Below, piece by piece: positions 37,032 through 47,588 of a DNA stretch of 64,000 bases (position 1 is the first letter of the stretch; every line of letters starts with the position of its first letter). This stretch comes from Candidatus Parcubacteria bacterium. GTDB taxonomy: Bacteria > Patescibacteriota > Minisyncoccia > Phycocordibacterales > JAACPR01. The position numbers and the translations under genes were made by a program. Under the pieces are notes generated by a model. The model saw only the letters and a program-made list of their open reading frames with translations, ran no database searches and was not told where the DNA came from. Location of the stretch: contig JBEBBG010000015.1 of assembly GCA_041158505.1 (NCBI GenBank), positions 12,642-76,641 on the forward strand. Direction: 5' to 3'.

Positions 37032-37817
37032 CTACGCGCTCGCTAGGCAAAACCAGTCTGCCACACTGAGCGTTTCTGCTCGCCGTTCTGGTGCAATACC
37101 GCAGTTTGTAAGTTTTTCTGCTGCAATTACCCCTTTAAGGTTGCTGCCAAGGTGTTTTCGTTTGTGCGCAAAGCCGGCTTTTACAACGCTAAAGAAAACT
37201 GTTTCTGATATGTGCGCTGTATCAAAGGCGTGTGTTGTCACATGTGCGATATGCAAGATTGCAGAATCAACCTTTGGTGCAGGGGTAAATGAACCGCGCT
37301 TCACCGTTTCTATGTATGAAGGGGTTCCATACGCCTTGACCGCAACTGAGAGAATGCTCTCTTTCCCATCTCTTGCAACGATTCGTTCAGCAACTTCTTT
37401 TTGTACCAAAACGGTTGCGTGGGCTGGCCTTGGTGTCGTTCCTAAGTATCGCTCAAGCAGTGCTCCGGTGATGTAGTAAGGAATATTTGCTACGAGCGTA
37501 TAGGTTGTAGCCTTCGCGCGTTTCAAGAGCGCTCCAACATCAATGGTGAGTGCGTCGCCTTCAATCAGGAGGAGTTTGCCCGATGCGATTTCGTTAGCAA
37601 AGAGTGCCTCCAGTGGTTCAATGAGTTCCCGGTCTTTTTCAACAGCAATAACCGTTGCACCAGTGGCAAGGAGTTTTTTTGTTAGGGCACCTCGCCCAGG
37701 ACCAATCTCAAGAACAACATCGCCAGCGACAACGTGGGCGGCAGTGCACATACGGAGGAGTGCCCCCTCTGAGTTGAGAAAGTTTTGTCCAAGTGATTTT
37801 TTTGCTTTACCAAACAT
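37032..37817 (-). CDS. rsmA: 16S rRNA (adenine1518/1519-N6)-dimethyltransferase
   Basis: KSLGQNFL start, VLEIGPGRGALT SAM motif, NIPYYIT: KsgA family hallmarks. Confidence 0.85.
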   Translation of the reverse strand: MFGKAKKSLGQNFLNSEGALLRMCTAAHVVAGDVVLEIGPGRGALTKKLLATGATVIAVEKDRELIEPLEALFANEIASGKLLLIEGDALTIDVGALLKRAKATTYTLVANIPYYITGALLERYLGTTPRPAHATVLVQKEVAERIVARDGKESILSVAVKAYGTPSYIETVKRGSFTPAPKVDSAILHIAHVTTHAFDTAHISETVFFSVVKAGFAHKRKHLGSNLKGVIAAEKLTNCGIAPERRAETLSVADWFCLASA

Positions 37818-37845
37818 AGTGGGTAAGAAGTTTTTGGTGAGGTGT

Positions 37846-39792
37846 CTACCAGTCTATGAAAATGCTTCGTGCTTGGGCTGCCGCATCGGTTGGCTTGTCT
37901 TCTATATTTTCAAGCAAGTGATCATCGATATCGTGAATAAACTCGGAAGACGTGTTGACCTGCTGTGCTCCAAAAATAGTACGAATACCTGCATACGACA
38001 AGTAGACCTTTTTTCGAGCACGTGTCAGAGCAACGTAAAAGAGTCGACGTTCTTCCTCCCCATCTTCGCGTTTTTCATTTGGTCGGTCATGTGGAAAGAG
38101 TCCTTGCTCGAGACCAGTGATAAACACGTAATCAAACTCAAGGCCTTTTGATGCGTGCACCGTCATAAGTTTTGTGCCACCGTTGTCTGTTTCGAGTTCG
38201 TCTTGATCTGTTGCAAGCGCTGCGTCTTCAAGGAGCTTCTCGATTCCCGTTGGTGCTTCGAGGGCATCGTACTTTTGCGCAAGCGTTGCAAGTTCGCGAA
38301 CGTTTTCGAGGCGCTCAAGTCCCTCTTCCCCTCCTTGCTTAAAGCTGTGTGATAAACCAGAAACTGTAAGGACTGTTTTAATAACTTCACTCGTTGGTTG
38401 CGTCTCAGCTGCGCGCCGGATGTCGTTTAGTATTCTTCTGAAAGAAGTCACGTTATCTGCAGCTTTACCGGTGAGCTCATGCTCGTTCCCTTCGAGCACT
38501 TTGAGCATGGTTACTTTTCCAATACCACGCGTCGGTGTATTAATGATACGACTAACGCTCGAAGTATCTTTTGGGTTGAGTGCTGCTTGTATATATGCGA
38601 GGACATCTTTAACTTCACGTCGGTCAAAGAACCGTGTGCCGAGCACCTGGTACGTAAGCTTGCGGTGGAGGAATGACTCTTCGAGTACACGTGACTGAAA
38701 GTTTGCGCGGTAGAGTACGGCGATTTCATTTGGCGCTATGCCACTTCGAACGAGCTCGTCTACGGTTTCGGTTACAAAACGCGCTTCATCCCCTTCGTCA
38801 AACGCGGTGTAGAGTCCAATTTTTTCACCAGCATCATTATCGGTAAAAAGATTTTTCTCTCGGCGCATCATGTTTTTTTTGATGACTGTGTTTGCCGCTT
38901 CCAGGATGTTGCCGCTTGAACGGTAATTTTGTTCAAGAGTAATCATTGCCGCATTTGGAAAATCTTTTTCGAATCCTAGAATGTTGCGAATGGTTGCGCC
39001 GCGCCAGGTATAAATATTTTGATCGATATCTCCAACGACACAGATGTTGTGGCGATCACCTACGATGCATTTTGCAATTCGGTACTGCACTTCATTTGTG
39101 TCTTGGTACTCGTCGATGTGCACAAACTTCCATCGGTCTTGGTAGTATGCTCGTGTGTTAGCGTCTCGTTCAAGCAAGAGGGCGGTTTCAAGCAGAAGAT
39201 CATCAAAATCAAGCACACCCTCTTCGCGCATCGCCTTGTCGTACTTTGCCCAGACACGCGCGGCCACTTCGGGAACGTGTTGGTACCCCACTTTTGCTTC
39301 GTACTCTGGTTGCGTTACCATGCTTCCCTTTTCTCGTGAGATGATACCCAAAATAGTGCGCGGCTCAATTTGTTTTGGGTCCTCGCCAATTTCCTGCATG
39401 ATTCGCTTTACGAGTGATACAGAATCTGATCGGTCATAAATTTTAAAGTGTCGAGGTAATCCAACTTGTGCGGCATTGTCGCGAAGAATTCTGACACCAA
39501 GCGCGTGAAAGGTTGATACAAAAGGTTTCCCAAGATCATTAATGGGCCGATTGAGCTCGGGATCGTTGGCGAGGAGGTGTAGCACACGCTCACGCATCTC
39601 CTTTGCCGCTTTATTGGTAAAGGTGATGGCAAGAATTTCCTCTGGAGGAGTTCCTGTCTTGACTAAGTTTAATATGCGATGTGTAAGTGTTTTTGTTTTA
39701 CCTGCTCCGGCGCCAGCAAGAATGAGGAGTGGACCATGAGTGTGTACTGCAGCTTCTCGTTGGGCCTTATTTAAGCTGCTCAGATGTTCCAT
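37846..39792 (-). CDS. pcrA: ATP-dependent DNA helicase PcrA/UvrD
   Basis: LNKAQREAA...LILAGAGAGKTKTLTHR Walker A; later SF1 helicase motifs; 648 aa. Confidence 0.9.
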   Translation of the reverse strand: MEHLSSLNKAQREAAVHTHGPLLILAGAGAGKTKTLTHRILNLVKTGTPPEEILAITFTNKAAKEMRERVLHLLANDPELNRPINDLGKPFVSTFHALGVRILRDNAAQVGLPRHFKIYDRSDSVSLVKRIMQEIGEDPKQIEPRTILGIISREKGSMVTQPEYEAKVGYQHVPEVAARVWAKYDKAMREEGVLDFDDLLLETALLLERDANTRAYYQDRWKFVHIDEYQDTNEVQYRIAKCIVGDRHNICVVGDIDQNIYTWRGATIRNILGFEKDFPNAAMITLEQNYRSSGNILEAANTVIKKNMMRREKNLFTDNDAGEKIGLYTAFDEGDEARFVTETVDELVRSGIAPNEIAVLYRANFQSRVLEESFLHRKLTYQVLGTRFFDRREVKDVLAYIQAALNPKDTSSVSRIINTPTRGIGKVTMLKVLEGNEHELTGKAADNVTSFRRILNDIRRAAETQPTSEVIKTVLTVSGLSHSFKQGGEEGLERLENVRELATLAQKYDALEAPTGIEKLLEDAALATDQDELETDNGGTKLMTVHASKGLEFDYVFITGLEQGLFPHDRPNEKREDGEEERRLFYVALTRARKKVYLSYAGIRTIFGAQQVNTSSEFIHDIDDHLLENIEDKPTDAAAQARSIFIDW

Positions 39793-40001
39793 GTGCGCCC
39801 CATAGTACCATACCTCCTTTCGATGAAGGAAATTATGTGTAAAAACAGAATGTGTGAGTCAATTGACAGGTTTTATTGCTCTTGTACCATTCTATGTATC
39901 CCCTTTTAAAGCGGGCGCCGGCAAACGATTGAGTTACGGAATGCGGCGAAAACTGGCTTATTACCTCAGAAAATCAAGATCTCGAACCCTCATCCACGTG
40001 G

Positions 40002-41066
40002 ATGAACGTTCAGAAAACAGTACGAGCAGTGTGTGTGCGATGTTTCCGGTCGCTACGGGCACTACCCCTGCTCCTCGCAATTCCGGTGTTTGCTAACGCG
40101 GGCATTTTCTCTATCGGAGCTTTGTGGAGCATGTCAGACGCAACGGTCTCTTCGGAAGACGTTGTTGTCCAGAATTCCCAGACTATGCCAGTGCTCAAGG
40201 CGGCAACCAATAACGACCCAAATCCTGCTAAGGGTGGTGGAGATATTGTTGTTATTGACGATGTTGCGCTCAAGGCGGCTTCAACCGTTACCGGTGATGC
40301 GGTGAGTGTATACCGACCAAAGTCAGACCAGATTAGCGTGTACGAGGTTCGTGATGGCGACACCCTCTCACAGATTGCTGAGATGTTCCACGTAACACCA
40401 AATACCATTCGGTGGGCGAACAATTTTGAAGGGGCCATCCACCCAGGTCAAACACTTGTTATTCTTCCCGTCACTGGCGTAAAGCACACGATCAAGACTG
40501 GTGGTACCGTGCAGGACCTTGCCGATATGTATAAAGCAGATGCTCGTGAAATTGCTCTCTTTAACGGTATTTCTGTAGATGCAAAACTCACCGCAGGTAT
40601 GGAAGTTATTGTCCCAAACGGCGAAATGCACGTTGAGGAGCCAAAAAAGAAGAAAACAGGCAGCAAATCTTCAAGTGGTGTGGCAAGCAGTGGCGCTGGT
40701 GCGGGAAGTGTTTCAACGTCGGGATACTTCGTGCACCCTGCTCCAGGTGGTGTAAAGACACAGGGTATTCACGGATACAACGCGGTTGATATTGGTGCGC
40801 CGATTGGTACAACCATTCGAGCTGCTGCTGGGGGGCAAGTAATTATTGCTCGTGGTGGAGGTGGTTGGAATGGTGGGTACGGAAACTATGTCGTTATCAA
40901 GCATGATAACGGTACGCAAACACTCTATGCGCACATGAACAGTATCGATGTTGATCAGGGGGCGTGGCTTTCACAGGGTGAAACAATTGGTTCAGTTGGT
41001 AACACCGGACGATCAACCGGCCCTCATCTTCACTTTGAGGTTCGTGGAGGAAAGAACCCATTCTAG
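40002..41066 (+). CDS. LysM-domain M23-family peptidoglycan endopeptidase
   Basis: LysM (VRDGDTLSQIAEMFHVTPNTIRWAN) plus M23 (HGYNAVDIGAPIGTTIRAAAGGQV...YAHMNS...GNTGRSTGPHLHFEV). Confidence 0.8.
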   Translation: MNVQKTVRAVCVRCFRSLRALPLLLAIPVFANAGIFSIGALWSMSDATVSSEDVVVQNSQTMPVLKAATNNDPNPAKGGGDIVVIDDVALKAASTVTGDAVSVYRPKSDQISVYEVRDGDTLSQIAEMFHVTPNTIRWANNFEGAIHPGQTLVILPVTGVKHTIKTGGTVQDLADMYKADAREIALFNGISVDAKLTAGMEVIVPNGEMHVEEPKKKKTGSKSSSGVASSGAGAGSVSTSGYFVHPAPGGVKTQGIHGYNAVDIGAPIGTTIRAAAGGQVIIARGGGGWNGGYGNYVVIKHDNGTQTLYAHMNSIDVDQGAWLSQGETIGSVGNTGRSTGPHLHFEVRGGKNPF

Positions 41067-41084
41067 TTTTGTGTACTTCTCTAT

Positions 41085-42659
41085 CTAGACGCTTTTACGG
41101 TACTGGAGTGCTTCCAAGATATCGGGCAAGGTAATTGCCGAACGATGCTCTAAATCTGCGATTGTTCGCGCGATACGTAGAATCTTGTGTGTGCTGCGTG
41201 CAGATACGTTGAGTCTCTGTAGTGCCTGAATAAACATGGTGTGTATCTCGGGTTCGAGTGTGGTGTGAGTTGATAATGCTTTACCGTGCAACCGTGCATT
41301 CGGAACGCCTTGTCGTTGTAATGCATGCTGCCGTGCCGCTGCAATAATCTCATGTGCACCACCTGTCTCTATTTGTCTTTCATGTGTTGCTGGTTCCAGG
41401 AGTGTTTGGTGTGGAACGTCTTCCATCGATACCCACACATCAATGCGATCGATAATTGGGCCAGATAGTTTTGTTTTGTAGCGCAGTATGTGTGCAGCGG
41501 TGCAGGTGCATGGTTTTTGTGGATGGCCAAGGTAGCCACAAGGGCACGGGTTAAGTGTCGCAATGAGCATTGATGACGCTGGGTATGTTACCGATCCGTT
41601 TGCTCGTGCGAGTGTTATGCAGCCATCTTCAAGTGGTTGGCGGAGCGCTTCTATGGTTTCTCGATCAAACTCTGGAAATTCATCAAGCAGGAGCACACCA
41701 TGATGTGCAAGTGTTAATTCTCCAGGCCGAAGCCATGCCCCGCCCCCAATGATTGCAGCAGCAGAGCTGCTATGGTGTGGTGCTCGAAACGGCCGTTGCG
41801 TCGTTGGTTCTCCCTGCAGAATTCCTGCTGCTGAGTGAATGGTGTGTACAACAAATGCTTCAGCTTCGGTTAGTGGTGGTAGTAGTTCTCGAATTGCGCG
41901 GGCCAGTAGCGTTTTTCCTGTTCCAGGAGGTCCACAGAGTGCAATGTTGTGTTCACCAGCGGCTGCAATCATGGCCGCTCTTTTTGCGGCATGCTGTCCA
42001 CGTATTGCAGAAAGTTCCCGGTCGCTACTTGGGAGTGAGGCTAGCATTGTCTTTTTGAATTGAACAACTTGTTTATCTGAGCTTTCTTCTGCTAGCGGTT
42101 TACATCCTTTGAGGTGTCGTATGAGTGCGCTGAGTGTGGGTACGCCGTATACAATAACTCCATCAACAACCGCTGCTTCCTGAGCATTTTCAAGAGGTAC
42201 GTACAGGTGTGTTATACCTGATTCTTTTGCACGCTGCGCAATGGGCAGTGTCCCACGAACCCCTCGCACCATACCGTTAAGTGAGAGTTCGCCCACAAAG
42301 AGTGAACGCGGGTACTGTATTTGTACGGTTTCTGAGGCAAGTAAATACCCAACCGCAATCGCAAGATCAAACAATGGTCCGTGCTTTCTCGTGTGAGCTG
42401 GCGCAAGTGACACAGTGACACGCTCATTCTTTTGCTTTGGTGGTTGTACCCCTGCGTGTTTAAGTGCCGCGGATACTCGTTCACGTGATTCATCGACCGC
42501 TTTATCTCCCAACCCAATAATTGTAAAAGAGTATAAACCGTTTGCTATATCAACTTCTACATCAACCAGTGACGCCTGAATTCCTACCACGTGTGCACTC
42601 TGAACCTTTGCGAAACTCACCCTGTTGTTATACACGCAGGACTCTAAAGAAACGCTCAA
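41085..42659 (-). CDS. comM: YifB/ComM-family Mg-chelatase-like AAA+ ATPase
   Basis: Lon-like N-domain, GPPGTGKTLLARAI Walker A, ChlI-type C-terminus; 524 aa. Confidence 0.85.
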   Translation of the reverse strand: MSVSLESCVYNNRVSFAKVQSAHVVGIQASLVDVEVDIANGLYSFTIIGLGDKAVDESRERVSAALKHAGVQPPKQKNERVTVSLAPAHTRKHGPLFDLAIAVGYLLASETVQIQYPRSLFVGELSLNGMVRGVRGTLPIAQRAKESGITHLYVPLENAQEAAVVDGVIVYGVPTLSALIRHLKGCKPLAEESSDKQVVQFKKTMLASLPSSDRELSAIRGQHAAKRAAMIAAAGEHNIALCGPPGTGKTLLARAIRELLPPLTEAEAFVVHTIHSAAGILQGEPTTQRPFRAPHHSSSAAAIIGGGAWLRPGELTLAHHGVLLLDEFPEFDRETIEALRQPLEDGCITLARANGSVTYPASSMLIATLNPCPCGYLGHPQKPCTCTAAHILRYKTKLSGPIIDRIDVWVSMEDVPHQTLLEPATHERQIETGGAHEIIAAARQHALQRQGVPNARLHGKALSTHTTLEPEIHTMFIQALQRLNVSARSTHKILRIARTIADLEHRSAITLPDILEALQYRKSV

Positions 42660-42719
42660 AAATAGCTGAAATTACACCCTGTACTATACCCGCGACTCAG
42701 GTATGATGGGTAAACCTAT

Positions 42720-43970
42720 ATGGAACAGCTTAAAGGGCGACTGTATACTCTCCTGCGCTGGAGCGAGCGATATACAAAGACAGATATGGTCTACCTCACC
42801 ACAACTGGGTGGTGGGTTAATCTGGGTAATGTGGTCATCTCGGCATTCGCACTTTTACTCTATGTTGTGTTTGCTCGCGTACTCCCTCCCGAGGTGTACG
42901 GTACGTACCAGTACATTCTCTCTGGCGGTGCACTTCTAGGTGCGCTCACGCTTACAGGAATGAACAGCGCAATTGCGCGCGCGGTTGCACGTGGCCACGA
43001 CCAAACAATCTACACGGCCGCGCGCGCCCAACTCCGATTCGGCTTCGTGCCAGTGCTTGTTGGTCTTGCCGTAGCGGGCTACTACTTTGTGCGCGGCAAT
43101 GCGACACTTGGCACAAGCTTTGCCGTCATTGCAATACTGACCCCTTTGATCAGCATCTTTGGCTCATACGCCGCGTTTCTGCAGGGAAAGAAAGACTTCA
43201 AGCGCAGTTTCACCTACGGCATGTTTTGGAACATTTCTTACTACATTGGCCTTTTGCTTGCTGCGTGGTTTTCTCCAAAAGTCGTGCCGCTTGTCCTCGT
43301 TTGTTTTGGTGTGCAGGCAGCCGCACAGGGCTTCGTTTATTTTCGGGCCCTCAAACACTACAAACCGCAAGAGCCGGCAGATCCAGAATCAATCAAGTAC
43401 GGCAATCACTTAAGTGTCATGAATTTTGGCACCGCGGTTGCTACACAAATCGACACGGTTGTCAGTTTTCACCTTCTTGGTCCAGCAGCCGTTGCGGTCT
43501 ACAGCTTTGCGACAGCAATCCCCGAGCGCCTCGCAAGCTTCTTTAAATTCTTGCCGGCAGCAGCACTCCCAAAGTTCTCAAATAAAACCCCAGAAGAGAT
43601 GCGACACGCGTTTGGTTTTCGCATTGTACTTGCCATTCTCGGAATGGCGGCAGTTGCGGCTCTCTATGCACTTTTTGCACCACTGGCATTTCACATCCTC
43701 TTTCCCGCGTATGCGCACGCCGTTCCCTACTCCCAGGTGTATGCACTTGTTTTGATTGCTTCAATTTCTGGCCTCTTTACCAGCGCGCTCATTGCACAGC
43801 GAAACGTAAAAGAATTGTACGTATACACGGCAGCAACTCCGATTGCACAGGTGCTGCTACAGGTTGCCGGTGCCTTTTTCTATGGCCTGTGGGGTCTCAT
43901 CATCGCTCGCATTGTCAGCCAGTTGGTAAGCGCCGTTGTTGCGTTTCTACTACTCACAAACAAGCGTTAA
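42720..43970 (+). CDS. polysaccharide biosynthesis/export flippase (MOP superfamily, Wzx-like)
   Basis: 416 aa, about 12 TM segments, typical Wzx length and topology. Confidence 0.65.
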   Translation: MEQLKGRLYTLLRWSERYTKTDMVYLTTTGWWVNLGNVVISAFALLLYVVFARVLPPEVYGTYQYILSGGALLGALTLTGMNSAIARAVARGHDQTIYTAARAQLRFGFVPVLVGLAVAGYYFVRGNATLGTSFAVIAILTPLISIFGSYAAFLQGKKDFKRSFTYGMFWNISYYIGLLLAAWFSPKVVPLVLVCFGVQAAAQGFVYFRALKHYKPQEPADPESIKYGNHLSVMNFGTAVATQIDTVVSFHLLGPAAVAVYSFATAIPERLASFFKFLPAAALPKFSNKTPEEMRHAFGFRIVLAILGMAAVAALYALFAPLAFHILFPAYAHAVPYSQVYALVLIASISGLFTSALIAQRNVKELYVYTAATPIAQVLLQVAGAFFYGLWGLIIARIVSQLVSAVVAFLLLTNKR

Positions 43971-44590
43971 GCTCGCAGTGTACCCTCCGCGATATCCCAA
44001 ATATGTGGTGTCCCAACTTTGGCACGAACTGATTCTTTGTGCATAAGAACAAGGTGCTTCTTAATCCGGTTCCACAAAAAGATACTGCGCCATGATCGGA
44101 TAATTGAAATAATGATGTGTGCATCAGGTGCTGCGTGTGCCACATACTTTGGAATAACTGTTGCAGGGTTAAGGTAGAAAAATACTTCATTGAAGACGAG
44201 GATATCAAATGTACCGAGTGTGTCTGGTGGCGTTGCGGCATCACCCACGATAAACGTGCCACTTGGTAAAAAAATTTGAGCCTGGGCAACAGCGATGTCA
44301 GAGATATCAATACCAACATACTTGATGCGGTGTGCATGTGGAGCCAGTAGTTTGGTGAGGCCTCCATTGCCACAACCAACATCGAGAACGCGCAAAACAC
44401 CTTCCGCTGGTAAGCTCTCAACGATAAGCGCTGCCTGGTGCTCGGTATTTGGTTGGTGGTGTGCGAGGCGATCCCAACTCCCTTTTTCAAATTGCCGATT
44501 CCACTGGTCCTTGTCTTGCAAGACGAGGAGGGGGTCTTGTCCGGTAATGATTTTTGCGACAAATCGCTTGATTGTTTTAAGTGACGCCAT
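43967..44590 (-). CDS. class I SAM-dependent methyltransferase
   Basis: VLDVGCGNGGLT motif I. The overlapping track ORF 43954..44619 is in another frame and rejected. Confidence 0.65.
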   Translation of the reverse strand: MASLKTIKRFVAKIITGQDPLLVLQDKDQWNRQFEKGSWDRLAHHQPNTEHQAALIVESLPAEGVLRVLDVGCGNGGLTKLLAPHAHRIKYVGIDISDIAVAQAQIFLPSGTFIVGDAATPPDTLGTFDILVFNEVFFYLNPATVIPKYVAHAAPDAHIIISIIRSWRSIFLWNRIKKHLVLMHKESVRAKVGTPHIWDIAEGTLRA

Positions 44591-44593
44591 ACG

Positions 44594-46198
44594 CTATAGC
44601 ATCGCGCGCAATCGATCAATTGTCCATCGGTGCAACGAAACCGCTCGCGTTAAACGCCACTTAAAGAGGCGTGGTGATGTAGTGCTATCAACTTGCACTC
44701 GCTTAAGACTAAACAGGTTGTCGCCAGGTTCAATTGTTCCCTCGGTAATCGCCCATGCTGCCGTGTACCCCGCTTGCTTTGTGGCAGATTCAACGCGCCT
44801 ATCACGTGCACCGTACGGATACGCGAGCATGGAAATATCGCGACCAAGTAATGCTTGCAGTTCGCGCTTTGCATCACTAAGCTCTGCAGCAAGCTCCTCG
44901 TCTTCACAAAGAGTGAGCGCGTGGTGTGTTTTCCCATGTGCCTCAAAGGTAAACGTTCCGGTTTGCTCTAGTGATTGCACCGCAGCCGCCGAGAGACGGG
45001 GTGTCTTTGCGGGATTTGTGTACGCGTCCATGTTGCTTGGAATAAATACTGTTGCTGTCATGTTGTGCTCCCGAAGCATTGGTAGGACTGTTTCTTCTAG
45101 ATCTGTGTACCCATCATCAAAGGTAATGGCAGTGACGTGTCCAGAAAGCGTTCGTTCTCCGCGGGCATACGCAACGATTTCTTCTAGCGGAACAACCTGC
45201 GTCTTTGCTTTAAGGTACTGCAGCTGCTGCTCAAACGCCTTTGGTGATACTGAAAGTTTTCCCCCGTCATCGTTAATTGCGTGGTACATAAGTACGGTGA
45301 CTTCTGGTCGTTTATCCCAAAGACGTGCTAGTGATCGTACTGCGTAGGCAGCTGCGTAAAGACCCGTTTTAAGGTTTTGTCGTACTACTCGCGCGTACTG
45401 ACGCGTCGCTTCTTTCATAAACATGAGCTGCGAGTAAAGCTTGTATGCTTCGTAGCGAATCGGTGTGAGCTTGTGCGGTGGGTTTGTGATACGAAGCCAG
45501 GCAAATTTAATAAGCTGCTTTGCAATGTTTCTTGCAGGCTCAATCGTCATGCGCTTGATGTACTCAAGCGCTGTGCGTGGCGGGCGTTCAGCGACCATGA
45601 TGCGAATACGGTGGTCTACTTTTTGTTTGTAAATCTTGAAATCCAGCTGAATGTCGAGCGGTACATGCCAGGCACCCGTTAGGGTTCCTTGTGGTAGTGC
45701 TGCCTCAAATGTAATGCGCTCGTGCACTTTTCTAGTGTAGCGGGCACCCGACTTCCGGTTAAAGAAACGGTGCTGGTAGTAGGTCTTAAATGATGCGTAC
45801 AACGTCTGTAGGTCTTCAGAGATGATTCGGTACGGTACGCGGTAAATGTAAACACCGTCTCCGTCGGTTTCAGTGACACGACGAATATCTGCAATGAGTT
45901 CTGGTGTAATAAGTTCGTCTGAATCAAGCGAAAGAAACCAGTCACATGCGGAGGCTTCAACCATACGATTTCGTTCAAGTGCAAAATCGTTGATTGGGTG
46001 TCCAGGATTACTCTGCGAGATAATGGTGCACCCGTATCTCTTGGCGATATCTAAGGTCGTGTCTGTGCTTCCGCCGTCGGCAATGAGTACTTCTTTGAAA
46101 TCTGTGAGACCCCGTAAGCAGCGCTCAAGGAAAGTCTCAGAGTTGTATGTCAGGATACCTACCGTACAAGGAATGGTGCCATTTCGCTGGGATGTCAT
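44594..46198 (-). CDS. bifunctional family-2 glycosyltransferase / polysaccharide deacetylase (NodB-like)
   Basis: N-terminal GT2 (CTVGILTYNSE...LIADGGSTDTT...DSDE); C-terminal NodB block (AITFDDGYTD...ATVFIP). Confidence 0.7.
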   Translation of the reverse strand: MTSQRNGTIPCTVGILTYNSETFLERCLRGLTDFKEVLIADGGSTDTTLDIAKRYGCTIISQSNPGHPINDFALERNRMVEASACDWFLSLDSDELITPELIADIRRVTETDGDGVYIYRVPYRIISEDLQTLYASFKTYYQHRFFNRKSGARYTRKVHERITFEAALPQGTLTGAWHVPLDIQLDFKIYKQKVDHRIRIMVAERPPRTALEYIKRMTIEPARNIAKQLIKFAWLRITNPPHKLTPIRYEAYKLYSQLMFMKEATRQYARVVRQNLKTGLYAAAYAVRSLARLWDKRPEVTVLMYHAINDDGGKLSVSPKAFEQQLQYLKAKTQVVPLEEIVAYARGERTLSGHVTAITFDDGYTDLEETVLPMLREHNMTATVFIPSNMDAYTNPAKTPRLSAAAVQSLEQTGTFTFEAHGKTHHALTLCEDEELAAELSDAKRELQALLGRDISMLAYPYGARDRRVESATKQAGYTAAWAITEGTIEPGDNLFSLKRVQVDSTTSPRLFKWRLTRAVSLHRWTIDRLRAML

Positions 46199-46821
46199 GA
46201 GAGGTGTGGTGTCAGTGCAGCAACAACTGCTGCATATACCTTATCCTTCGATGCTTCGCTGTCAATAACGATACTCGTTCCTGTAGAAAGATTCGGGCTA
46301 CTCAAGAATAGATTGAAATTATGTTCCATAATGGCTAACCGATCGCGAAACGCCGCCTCTCCATCTCGGGCCCGTACAATGTATGAGCGCCCAAGTAAGC
46401 GTTTTGTTCGTGTTTCCTCTCCAAGTTTGAAAAGAAAGAGCATATCTGGCTGCGCGGCCCCTCGCAGTGCGCGCTTCATATGCTCTGCTGTTTCTTTTGT
46501 TTCAAAAAACGACATCGCACTCTGGTAGTGGCCCTGATCAATGATTGCTCGTTTTACACCAGCTGCTTTTTGATACTTCGCATTTGGGTGCAAGACGAGG
46601 TTTGTGAACTTGTACCAGTATGATCGAGGGGCCGCCGTACGGAGTAGCGTTACGAGTAGCTGAAGGGTTTTGTATGGGTGCCGTAGCGTATACAGCACGT
46701 TTCTAAAAATAAGTTCAGACGCACTAGTTATTCGTATTGTTATGAACCCATACTCTTGCTCCAAGCGCTTGGCAACACTGGTCTTCCCCGCACCTGGCAT
46801 GCCGCAGAGCTCAATAATCAT
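46195..46821 (-). CDS. P-loop NTPase/kinase-like protein
   Basis: MIIELCGMPGAGKTSVAKRL Walker A at the N-terminus; 208 aa. Confidence 0.5.
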   Translation of the reverse strand: MIIELCGMPGAGKTSVAKRLEQEYGFITIRITSASELIFRNVLYTLRHPYKTLQLLVTLLRTAAPRSYWYKFTNLVLHPNAKYQKAAGVKRAIIDQGHYQSAMSFFETKETAEHMKRALRGAAQPDMLFLFKLGEETRTKRLLGRSYIVRARDGEAAFRDRLAIMEHNFNLFLSSPNLSTGTSIVIDSEASKDKVYAAVVAALTPHLS

Positions 46822-46826
46822 ACAAA

Positions 46827-47567
46827 CTAGGCCTTTACAAAGGTAACGCCGTACGACTCGGTAAAGAATTGAGTGATTGGATTGAATGGCATTGTTCTAA
46901 ACAGCGCGCATGCAAGCTTGTCTGCTGTGGCAGATTTAAGGAGTGGAACACTACAGGTCACCGCATGTGCCCGTACATTTATAAAACCGGCATCGCGTAG
47001 TGCTTGCACAAATACCTTTGGTTGGATTTGGTTTTGGTGAAGCTTTGAAGGCGTGTAACCGCGCAATTTGTGTTCAATTGTTTTTGGTGTTTTGGTAATA
47101 ACACAACCAGTGCCGTGTTTGCGGAGTGCGCGGTATATTTTTTCTGCCGTTGCTTTTGGATTTCCGATGTATTCAACTGCTCGGCTCGAAAAGAAGCAGT
47201 CTGCTTCTTCATCTGCGATTGGTGCGCTCAAAAATTCTCCTTCTCGCGTTTCGACGAGCGCTTCGGTCGGAAGGGCACTTGTTGCTTTGCGTAACATTTC
47301 TGCAGCAATATCAGTCAGGATAAAGCGTGCTCGCGGATTTGCGGTGTAGAGTATGCTTGTCCAGGTGCCTGGTCCCGGTCCAAGCTCGAGTATTGTCTGT
47401 GCTCGGGCGACACGTGGCAGTGCGTACTGCTCAATAAAACGTTTTGTATCTGCATACTGCTGCTTCGTGCGTGCGTGTTGCATCCACCGACGATTTTCGT
47501 AGGTTCCCGCATCGGCATCTTGTGCAACACGGTTGAAATGCTCCTTTGTCGATTCTAACTCCCCCAT
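46827..47567 (-). CDS. class I SAM-dependent methyltransferase
   Basis: ILELGPGPGTWT motif I; 246 aa. Confidence 0.65.
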   Translation of the reverse strand: MGELESTKEHFNRVAQDADAGTYENRRWMQHARTKQQYADTKRFIEQYALPRVARAQTILELGPGPGTWTSILYTANPRARFILTDIAAEMLRKATSALPTEALVETREGEFLSAPIADEEADCFFSSRAVEYIGNPKATAEKIYRALRKHGTGCVITKTPKTIEHKLRGYTPSKLHQNQIQPKVFVQALRDAGFINVRAHAVTCSVPLLKSATADKLACALFRTMPFNPITQFFTESYGVTFVKA

Positions 47568-47588
47568 AGTGTCTGTATCTGTTACGTA

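Noticed and set aside
43954-44619. 221-aa minus-strand ORF overlapping the methyltransferase in another frame
   Set aside because: No motifs; the 43967..44590 frame carries the VLDVGCGNG SAM-binding motif.
44295-45347. 350-aa plus-strand ORF antisense to the GT2-deacetylase gene
   Set aside because: Low-complexity Ser/Arg/Cys-rich translation; the minus frame has clear GT2 and NodB motifs.
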